NCBI GenBank assembly: GCA_011364975.1
Contig: RDOE01000060.1
Span: 1-18,962 of the forward strand
Direction of reading: 5' to 3'
DNA: 18,962 nt
Source: Promethearchaeota archaeon
GTDB taxonomy: Archaea; Asgardarchaeota; Lokiarchaeia; Sigyniarchaeales; SOKP01
A program made the translations under genes and the position numbers. The notes beneath the pieces are model-generated. The model had not been told where the DNA came from, did not search any database, and saw nothing but the letters and a program-made list of their open reading frames with translations. Of this stretch, positions 1 to 8,011 are shown piece by piece. Each line of letters starts with the position of its first letter. Position 1 is the first letter of the stretch.

Positions 1-170
1 ATTTTAAAAGAGTTCGATTAAATGGAATAAAATTAATCATATTTTTATTAATTAATTAGTAAGAATTTAACAGTAAGATCAAAAAAATAAACCTGCAAAA
101 ATTATATATTTTTATCAAAGAAAAAAATAATTTCTAAAAATAATTAAGGGAAATATAGGTGATTTAAAAA

Positions 171-929
171 ATGACTGGAATTGATTGGAAAACAGCCTCA
201 GAGAAACCAGAAAGAAGCCAAAAAGTTGATAACCGGTTTTTACTTGAGTTAAGGGCAAAAATTGATGATTTAGAAAATCAACTAAAACAAAAAGAAACCA
301 AAATCGAGAAACAATCCAAAGAGTTAGTTGAAACTAAAGAGAAGTTATCACAAAAGGAGAAAGAATTAAATGAAACAAATGATAAACTTAAAACTATCGA
401 ATCAGAGTTAAAAAAACTAAAGGAGGAAAAAACAAAAACAGATTCAGAAATTAGTTCGCTTAATTCTGAAAAAGCAAGCCTACAAGAAAATTTAGGAGAA
501 TCTAATAACCAAATTTCCGAACTTGAAAAAAAAATTTCTTCTCTTAAAGAAAAATTAGAAAGTGTGGAACCGCAAGTAAATTCTTTGAAAGAAGATTATG
601 AACAAAAGGAGAGAGAGCTTGAAGGTGTTAAAAAGGATTTACACCAAACAATTTCTGATAAATATGTAGAAATAGAAAGTTTGAAAAATGAATTAAATGA
701 ACAGATCGCATCAAAAGAAAAGGAAATAATTAATGTTAAAAATGAATTAGAATTAAAGGTTAAAGAGAAAGATGCGTTAAACCTAAAAGTTAAGTCGCTT
801 GAAAGTTATATAGAAGAGGCTAAAGGGGCACCTCAGGTTATAGAACAAATAAAGGAAATCATGGCTCTTAAAGGTTTTCTCTCTGATAAAGAACTTGAAG
901 AAATCTTGGAGAAAACTTCAGATTTATAA
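171..929 (+). CDS. Hypothetical long coiled-coil protein (252 aa)
   Basis: E/K/L-rich heptad pattern over about aa 25-215, with short non-coiled N-terminal (IDWK) and C-terminal (KGFLSDKE) segments. GGTGA ribosome-binding motif shortly upstream of the ATG. No ATPase motifs, so not SMC/Rad50. Confidence 0.8.
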   Translation: MTGIDWKTASEKPERSQKVDNRFLLELRAKIDDLENQLKQKETKIEKQSKELVETKEKLSQKEKELNETNDKLKTIESELKKLKEEKTKTDSEISSLNSEKASLQENLGESNNQISELEKKISSLKEKLESVEPQVNSLKEDYEQKERELEGVKKDLHQTISDKYVEIESLKNELNEQIASKEKEIINVKNELELKVKEKDALNLKVKSLESYIEEAKGAPQVIEQIKEIMALKGFLSDKELEEILEKTSDL

Positions 930-1048
930 AATTAATAAATTTTATTTTATAATTTTGATATTATTTTTTTCATTCTATTATTTATTTATTATTATATCAT
1001 TTTAAAAATAGGTAAAGATTTTCATATAAACAAAAAAATGTGCTATAT

Positions 1049-2320
1049 ATGATTTATCAATCAATTAGTTTAATAGACTTTTATATCTTATTTATTAAAA
1101 TCATAATTTCATTCTTTTGTGGATTTTTAATTGGAATCGAACGAACGAGAGTAAGTGCTCAATATGGAGCGCGGGATCATATATTTTTTTCAATGATTTC
1201 TACTTCTTTAATTATCTTATATGATAAGTTTTTTCCAACAACAGAGGGATTTGCCTTAATCATGATTATCTTTGGAGGAATGATTCTTTTTCTATTAATT
1301 GGTAGTATATATCGATTATTTCGGGAAAAAGATGCTGGGTATACAACTACCTTATCAATGATTTTAGCTTTGATAATAGGTATTATGTGTTATTATAGTG
1401 AATATTTGGCAATAGTTATTTCGGTAATATTTCTAATTATACTTTCTACAAAAAAGCAATTTTATAAAATAAAAACTTTACAAGATATAGAATGGACAGG
1501 TACGGTGGAATTTATAGCAATTGTTGTGTTACTATACATTTTGATTCCAGACGATTTGTTATTTTTTGAGATAGGTGTTAAATCGATTGTAATTCTCTTT
1601 ATTGTAATTTTAGCAGTTAAATATTTTAGTTATTTCCTTTTGAAGAGTACTCGTGAGAAAAATCTTTACTATATCTCTTTTTTAGGGGGATTTGCTCATA
1701 GCGAAGCTACAACCATAGAATTAGCCGAAGCAGGAGCTTCATCTTCTTCGATTTGGTTAGTTATCCAAACTATGCTTATTAGAATGATTATCGTATTAAT
1801 TATAACACCAGAATTACTTTATTATGCTATATATCCAATATTAATTACTTCGTTTATTGGCTTAATTGGATCTTTTCTTATATTAAGAAAAAAGGAAACA
1901 AGATTGAGTCTGCAGAAATTAAAAAATCCAGTCTCTCTAAAAAGTGCTCTAGTGTTTGCCGGAACATATTTCTTTGCACTTATAATTTCAATCCTTTTAA
2001 GTTTTGTTGAATTAAATATTATCGCTTATTTTCTAATTGTATTTGGAATTGGTTTTCTTTCAGGAGGAGCCTCTTCTTTATTTGTAGCCTCAGCTTTTTT
2101 TAAAAGTTCAATAAATGAGGGTAATGCGTTAATAATGCTGACTATAGGTCTTTCTGCTGCGATATTAAATAAATTATTTTATTCTACAAAAGCATTGAAA
2201 AAGGAAAAGAATAAACGTATATATGCACTACATTTAACGATATATCTTTTGATTACTATAAGTTTATTGATATTCATGACGGTAGTTACTATAATAATAT
2301 TCAGTTTACCTTATTTTTAG
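1049..2320 (+). CDS. MgtC/SapB-family N-terminal domain plus DUF4010-like polytopic membrane protein
   Basis: GFLIGIER, GARDH (cf. GxRT) and GYTT (cf. GLTT) MgtC-type motifs; GGFAHSEATT (cf. GGxxSSTATT of DUF4010); roughly 12-13 hydrophobic segments. The ORF track starts at GTG 1040; the in-frame ATG at 1049 is preferred. Confidence 0.8.
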   Translation: MIYQSISLIDFYILFIKIIISFFCGFLIGIERTRVSAQYGARDHIFFSMISTSLIILYDKFFPTTEGFALIMIIFGGMILFLLIGSIYRLFREKDAGYTTTLSMILALIIGIMCYYSEYLAIVISVIFLIILSTKKQFYKIKTLQDIEWTGTVEFIAIVVLLYILIPDDLLFFEIGVKSIVILFIVILAVKYFSYFLLKSTREKNLYYISFLGGFAHSEATTIELAEAGASSSSIWLVIQTMLIRMIIVLIITPELLYYAIYPILITSFIGLIGSFLILRKKETRLSLQKLKNPVSLKSALVFAGTYFFALIISILLSFVELNIIAYFLIVFGIGFLSGGASSLFVASAFFKSSINEGNALIMLTIGLSAAILNKLFYSTKALKKEKNKRIYALHLTIYLLITISLLIFMTVVTIIIFSLPYF

Positions 2321-2348
2321 GTTCAAAAGAATTATATTAGTATGAAAA

Positions 2349-3437
2349 ATGGTTAAATTAAACTGGAATTCTAAGGGAAGTAATTCAAAGAAAATTTGTG
2401 ACCTTAAAAGAGAAAATTCTAACTGCTTCAAGAGATTTGAGACGTATCCAAAAAATTTAAATTCCTTTCTTGAAAAAGATTGGAAAAATTCTTTATACTG
2501 GGGAGATAATTTAGAAGTATCTTTAAAGATTTTAGATTCTTATGAAGGAAAAATAAATTTAATATATATTGATCCTCCCTTCTTTTCTGGTGTGAATTAT
2601 CATATAAATATTTCCCATGAGGGAAACAAATATGATTCAACCGCTTATTTTGATAATTGGAATAGTGATTTGGATTCCTATTTACAAATGTTATTTGAAA
2701 GATTTCTAATTTTTCATAAGCTTTTAGCAAACGATGGTTTAATTTTTGTACATTTGGATTATCATGCATATCATTATGTAAAAATTCTATTAGATGAAAT
2801 TTTTGGTAAAAATCGATTCATCAATGAAATCATATGGTATTATTATAACAAATATTCTGCTGGAAGAAATAATCTTCCACGAGCTCATGATAATGTTATG
2901 GTATATTCGAAATCTAATCGATATACGTTTAATGAAATAAGATTACCTCGAGAAAAACCTCGTAAACAATTGAAACGGATAATGGTTGATGGAGTTTTAA
3001 AAAACCTTAAAGATGAAGATGGTCATGTTATCTACAGAATGGTCACTGATAAAAAATTGGATGATGTTTGGAAAATACCTTGTTTGCAACCAGCATCCAA
3101 AGAATGGACGGGTTTTCCAACTCAAAAACATCATAAATTACTGGAACGAATAATAAAAATAGGAAGTAATGAAGGGGATATCGTTGCTGATTTATTTTGT
3201 GGTTCAGGAACAACACTATTAGCTGCAGAAAGGCTAAATAGAAGGTGGATCGGTTGTGATATATCTCCCTATTCAATTTATATTACCAGAAAAAGATTGA
3301 TAAATAATAGGTTATCCAGAAAAAATACGCAGCAAAAATTTAATCCGATAGAATTTTATTCTAGTTTAAATGAAGAGAACTTAAATTTAATAGAATCTGG
3401 TTTTTTTGAAAAGGATTTAGAAATTACAAGGAGATGA
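2349..3437 (+). CDS. Site-specific DNA amino-methyltransferase (N6-adenine/N4-cytosine family, beta-class motif order)
   Basis: GDNL, catalytic motif IV LIYIDPPF, NEIIW, FPTQK and SAM-binding motif I DLFCGSGTT, then RRWIGCD. Motif IV precedes motif I. Confidence 0.92.
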   Translation: MVKLNWNSKGSNSKKICDLKRENSNCFKRFETYPKNLNSFLEKDWKNSLYWGDNLEVSLKILDSYEGKINLIYIDPPFFSGVNYHINISHEGNKYDSTAYFDNWNSDLDSYLQMLFERFLIFHKLLANDGLIFVHLDYHAYHYVKILLDEIFGKNRFINEIIWYYYNKYSAGRNNLPRAHDNVMVYSKSNRYTFNEIRLPREKPRKQLKRIMVDGVLKNLKDEDGHVIYRMVTDKKLDDVWKIPCLQPASKEWTGFPTQKHHKLLERIIKIGSNEGDIVADLFCGSGTTLLAAERLNRRWIGCDISPYSIYITRKRLINNRLSRKNTQQKFNPIEFYSSLNEENLNLIESGFFEKDLEITRR

Positions 3438-3528
3438 ATATATTATATAAAACACTTTTTTAAAAAATTTAATTTAAATAGAGTATTTTTAAAACACATT
3501 AATTAACTAAACAAAAAATTATTGTTCT

Positions 3529-4785
3529 ATGCGATTCGTAGATTTGATAATTCGGGCATTTAATAAATTAAAATCATTTTGGAATTACAAAATATTTCGC
3601 ATAGCAATTATTCTCCATAGTTTTTATTTTATATTGGGTTTGATTTTATTTTTCGTTTTTTACTATGAAAAAAATGATTTCTTCATTTTTTATGAGTCTG
3701 GAAAAGTCTTTTTATTCGATATTGAGAATCTTTACAATCAAACTTATTATTTATGGGATTTTCGATATTTTCCGTTATCAGCGTTATTTTTTATTCCATT
3801 TTCATTCTTAGATTTTGGATTAGCTTTTATCCTCTTTAATATTATTAATTTTATTTTAAATATTCTGATTAGCTTAATGCTTTATAAGATAATTATCTTA
3901 ATACGAGGAAAAGATCATGAAAAAGATGATAAACGAATTATTTTGTATCTTAGTGTTTATCTAATGGGCTTGCCACACATTCTTAATTATATTTATGGTC
4001 AAATAAATCTATTTATTACATTTTTTATTTTAAGCTCAATACTTATTTTTATAAGTCGTAAGGGATATTTTTGGCAGTTTTTAGCAAGTTTAATTTTAGG
4101 GATAAGTGTTATAATTAAGCCTACTTCGTTATTTATGATTCCATTTCTTTTATTAACAAGATTTGAAAGAAAGAAATGGAGGATTAAAATCTCTTTGAAG
4201 GAAAGTATTATTAGAATTTTTGGGGTATTACTTCCTGTTTTCTCTAATTCAATATTATTTTTAATATTTCCAAAACTGTGGAATGGATTTCTTTCAACAA
4301 ACCTTACAGGAAGTAATCCTACTGCATTAAATTTTTCATTTAGTTTTACCAAACTTATTACGAACTTTTGTTATTTTTTTAATATTCCATTTAGTCAATT
4401 GTATATTCTAATTAGCTTTGTACTAATATTTGGGAGTATAGGATTTATTAGCTTTTTATTAAGAAGTGAACACCATAATTCAATAATTTTTGGTTATACT
4501 TTAGGAATTATAATTATGTTACTAACATATTTTGATTCGTGGAATCATCATCTTTTAAATTTAATCCCATTATTAATTATAATTCTTTTTACTCTTCCCA
4601 GAAAATCTGAAATTGTTGATTATATTAAACCTAGTTTATTTTTTTTTAGTTTCTTTGATTTAGTGTTTTTAGGAATGTGGTTTTTAACCTATCCAATTTT
4701 CCCTTATAATTTCGGCTCAACTTTTTTTCTATTAATCACCTTTATAGGAATTATTATATATCTGGCTAGGAAAGAAGGAGGATAA
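3529..4785 (+). CDS. GT87-like (DUF2029, GT-C fold) membrane glycosyltransferase, paralog A
   Basis: Polytopic; NDFFIFY after the first TM segment, FRYFP, GQIN, IKP and SWNHH motifs typical of GT87/PimE-like enzymes. Confidence 0.8.
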   Translation: MRFVDLIIRAFNKLKSFWNYKIFRIAIILHSFYFILGLILFFVFYYEKNDFFIFYESGKVFLFDIENLYNQTYYLWDFRYFPLSALFFIPFSFLDFGLAFILFNIINFILNILISLMLYKIIILIRGKDHEKDDKRIILYLSVYLMGLPHILNYIYGQINLFITFFILSSILIFISRKGYFWQFLASLILGISVIIKPTSLFMIPFLLLTRFERKKWRIKISLKESIIRIFGVLLPVFSNSILFLIFPKLWNGFLSTNLTGSNPTALNFSFSFTKLITNFCYFFNIPFSQLYILISFVLIFGSIGFISFLLRSEHHNSIIFGYTLGIIIMLLTYFDSWNHHLLNLIPLLIIILFTLPRKSEIVDYIKPSLFFFSFFDLVFLGMWFLTYPIFPYNFGSTFFLLITFIGIIIYLARKEGG

Positions 4786-4789
4786 TAAA

Positions 4790-5542
4790 ATGAGATTAAA
4801 TCTTAAATTTACTTATTTAATGTTTACAATATTATTAAGTCTCGTTTCAAACCTTAGTCTTCTACAACAACAATCATTTACAATTGGAGTTAAAAAGAAT
4901 GAAGAATTTGTTTGGAATTGTAATGTCTGTAATTCAATCGAAATGGAGGAAATTTTTGGTAGTTCTTGGGATAATTTAGGATTTTTTGAAAATCTAAGCT
5001 TAAATAGAAAAATGAAATGGAAAATTAATTTAATCGAAAGTAATACAACTTCATTAATAATTAATGTAAATAGTTGGGTCTGGAAAGAGTCGGATAACTG
5101 GGGTATTGAAGATAAAAATCTTACTATTTTTCATTACGCTGTCCCCTCGGATTACGGAAATAATTTGAACTACACAAGTAGTCTACCATTTATTCCAATA
5201 TGGTTCCCTGTACCAGTAGGAGATTATATGGGAGAATTAAGTTTCTCGGATATATATGACATTGATAATAGAGTTTTAGCAACAATAAATATTAACATGG
5301 CAAAAAGCAAGATAAGCTTTAATTATCCTTCAAAATCAATATCAATTATCGCAATCTACAATAGTAAAGGAATATTAAGCTCATACAAACTTTATATCGA
5401 GGAAAATATTGTGATTATGGATATTGCCCTTGTTGATTTACCCTTTTATACTATCCCATCAACTATTGGTTTAATATCTGCCTTTTTAATCAGTATAGGA
5501 ATATATATTTACTTTAAACGTAAAAATAGAGCAAAGGAGTAA
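4790..5542 (+). CDS. Predicted exported, C-terminally membrane-anchored (glyco)protein
   Basis: Hydrophobic N-terminal signal-like segment, C-terminal TM helix followed by KRKNRAKE, five N-X-S/T sequons (NLS, NLS, NTT, NLT, NYT) and a CNVC motif. Only 4-nt gaps to both neighbours. Confidence 0.75.
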   Translation: MRLNLKFTYLMFTILLSLVSNLSLLQQQSFTIGVKKNEEFVWNCNVCNSIEMEEIFGSSWDNLGFFENLSLNRKMKWKINLIESNTTSLIINVNSWVWKESDNWGIEDKNLTIFHYAVPSDYGNNLNYTSSLPFIPIWFPVPVGDYMGELSFSDIYDIDNRVLATININMAKSKISFNYPSKSISIIAIYNSKGILSSYKLYIEENIVIMDIALVDLPFYTIPSTIGLISAFLISIGIYIYFKRKNRAKE

Positions 5543-5546
5543 ACTT

Positions 5547-6836
5547 ATGAGAGATTTAAGTTTGAAGAAAATAATTGATAACGGATTTGTTCGATTTCAA
5601 AGCCTTTGGAATATGAAAATATTTAGATATAGCTTTCTTCTTCACATTTTTTATTATATATTTTCAATCTTCTTAACATTAATTTTTTTCCCCGAAAAGA
5701 ATGACTTTTTGGTATATTATAAGGTAGGAAAAGTATTTCTAAACAATCCAATGGAATTATATAATCCTGCAAATTATAATTGGCCATTTAGATATCTCCC
5801 ATTATCAGTTTTTCTCTTTATTCCCTTTTATCTCTTGGGATTCCAGTTAGGGCTCATAATTTTTAACCTATTAAATCTTTTTTTAAATTATATCATCTGT
5901 GTTTTACTATATAAAATAATTAAACTTACCAAATTCAATAATCATGGTGAAAATGAAACCCGTATTGTAAAATATATTTGTTTATACTTAAATTGCCTCC
6001 CGCAAATTTTTAATTATATTTTAGGGCAAATTAATCTCTATATTACCTTACTTATATTACTTTCATTATACTTTTTTATAAAATATCGAAAAAGTAAGAC
6101 GGATTTTATAGCAAGTTTTTTTTTAGGTTTAAGTATAATCTTAAAGCCAACTAGTATTTTTATGATTCCCTTTTTGGTTATTATTTCTTATGATTATGAA
6201 AATAAGAGACTAAAATTGAATATAGTAAGGAGTATAGTAAGGATATTTGGAGTAATTTTTCCAATAACATTAAATTTTATTATGTTTTTTATCATTCCGG
6301 GATTATTAGAGGGTTTTATTAATGTAAATCTTACTGGCTCCGAAACTTTAATTCCTAATCATTCCTTTAGTATAACGAAAATCTTTTTAAATTTCTTATT
6401 ATATATTGGCACAAATGCTAATGATATAAACGTGCTTTTAATTTTTTCAATTATATCAATGATATTACTCTTAATTGGGTTTATTAGTTATATAATAAAT
6501 AGAGTAAAAGAGAATATCATCATTTATAGTTATATTATTGGTTTGCTTATAATGTTACTTGCTTATTTCGATTCCTGGGATCATCATCTCCTAAATTTGA
6601 TACCATTATTAATTATTGTTATCTTCAATATGTCTAAAAGTTCTAAAATAATTAGACTCTATATTAAACCAACTTTTATGTTTTTATGTTTCTTGGATTT
6701 AGCATTTATGGGGTTATTTTGGATAATAAATCCCGAGGTAAATAACCCTGTATTTCCTTTTAATTTTATTCCAACTATTATTTTATGCTTCCTATTTTAT
6801 GGAATTTTAAAATATTTAATAAAAAAGCCAAACTAA
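5547..6836 (+). CDS. GT87-like (DUF2029, GT-C fold) membrane glycosyltransferase, paralog B
   Basis: NDFLVYY, FRYLP, GQIN, LKP and SWDHH motifs; collinear similarity to 3529-4785. Confidence 0.8.
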   Translation: MRDLSLKKIIDNGFVRFQSLWNMKIFRYSFLLHIFYYIFSIFLTLIFFPEKNDFLVYYKVGKVFLNNPMELYNPANYNWPFRYLPLSVFLFIPFYLLGFQLGLIIFNLLNLFLNYIICVLLYKIIKLTKFNNHGENETRIVKYICLYLNCLPQIFNYILGQINLYITLLILLSLYFFIKYRKSKTDFIASFFLGLSIILKPTSIFMIPFLVIISYDYENKRLKLNIVRSIVRIFGVIFPITLNFIMFFIIPGLLEGFINVNLTGSETLIPNHSFSITKIFLNFLLYIGTNANDINVLLIFSIISMILLLIGFISYIINRVKENIIIYSYIIGLLIMLLAYFDSWDHHLLNLIPLLIIVIFNMSKSSKIIRLYIKPTFMFLCFLDLAFMGLFWIINPEVNNPVFPFNFIPTIILCFLFYGILKYLIKKPN

Positions 6837-7136
6837 GGATAAATTTGTTAGTTTAAATTGCAGATTAAAAAGATTTAGTTCCATAGATTATCAATTTTAA
6901 TAAAAGGATTAAGAAAAGTGAACCTAGAAATGAATATGTTGCAAGAAGCATAAAAATTGCTCATTATATACCAAATTTATAACATAATAGTATTAAAGGA
7001 GCGATTATAGAAATGTTTATTATAAAAAGAATATTAATTTAACCAATATCAAAAAATCAAATAATAATAAATAAAGTTAAATAATTATATTCTTAAATTT
7101 ACTTGAAACCATAAAAATATTTGAATCCAAAAGACA

Positions 7137-7850
7137 ATGGTTCAAGAATACTTTATAATCATAATGCCGGCATTCTTACTAGGGATCTTGCATACAGCAA
7201 TTCCGTGTGAAGATAAAGCCATATTCTTTTTTTGGTCCTTTGGAATTACCAAAACACCAAGGAAGAGTTTCTTTATTTTAGTATTATACGGCCTCGGATT
7301 AATCAGTTCCAATATGATTATCGCAGGTGCTACTGTATTTATTACTCAAGTGCCTCGGTTTGTATTTCCAGAATACATTCCAAACCCTTACTTAATCAAC
7401 TTTTTTGGTGCTTTCACATCAACATGCGCGGGAATTCTTCTTCTTCTTTTTGTGACTAGAAGGGACTATATGCCTCATTCTAAATATGCTAAAGATATTA
7501 CTAGCTTAAATTGGGAACTAAAAAAAACTCCATATTTTTTTGGCATTTTAGCAGGATTTGCTCCTTGTATTTTTGAATTGATCATTTATTCTCAATCTGT
7601 TTCATATTCTCTTGGTTATGGATGGTTTGAAGGTATTTTAGTCGTATTGTCTTTTTCACTTGGTACTTTTATAGGACTTTTTCCTTTAGGATTAGCTAAG
7701 CAAGGAACTTCGCAAATTGTAAAAACAAAAGAGCATAAAAGGAAAAATATTTTCTATATAATGATTTCCATCATTATAATTTTCAATACTATCGTTATGA
7801 TTTTATCTTTTTTACAGATTCCAGTATTTTCTTATTTTAATTACCAATAA
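7137..7850 (+). CDS. RcnA/NicO/UreH (DsbD_2/TauE-like superfamily) membrane transporter, possible metal permease
   Basis: About six TM segments. LGILHTAIPCEDK aligns with the RcnA-type GxxHAxxPGHxK motif; GFAPC matches the GxxPC motif; FSLGT in a later helix. Confidence 0.6.
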   Translation: MVQEYFIIIMPAFLLGILHTAIPCEDKAIFFFWSFGITKTPRKSFFILVLYGLGLISSNMIIAGATVFITQVPRFVFPEYIPNPYLINFFGAFTSTCAGILLLLFVTRRDYMPHSKYAKDITSLNWELKKTPYFFGILAGFAPCIFELIIYSQSVSYSLGYGWFEGILVVLSFSLGTFIGLFPLGLAKQGTSQIVKTKEHKRKNIFYIMISIIIIFNTIVMILSFLQIPVFSYFNYQ

Positions 7851-8011
7851 TCAAATTGTTTTTAATTTGGATATTAATTTTAATAAAAAACTTAAAAATT
7901 TGCCAATAATTCAAAAACAACTGTTGGTCTAATAAAATAATTTATATCAGTATTTTTTTATATATAATAACTAAATCATGATATTTCACAAATTAAGGAG
8001 AATATCATATA

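Noticed and set aside
2428-4352. Minus-strand ORFs 2428-2769, 3043-3276 and 3999-4352
   Set aside because: Fully antisense to well-supported genes and without recognisable motifs; shadow ORFs.
6837-7136. 300-nt gap with a 28-aa hydrophobic minus-strand ORF (MLLATYSFLGSLFLILLLKLIIYGTKSF) and several 6-9 bp stems
   Set aside because: T-rich frames give hydrophobic peptides by chance, there is no clear RBS, and the stems are short and AT/GU-rich; neither a small protein nor an RNA can be supported.
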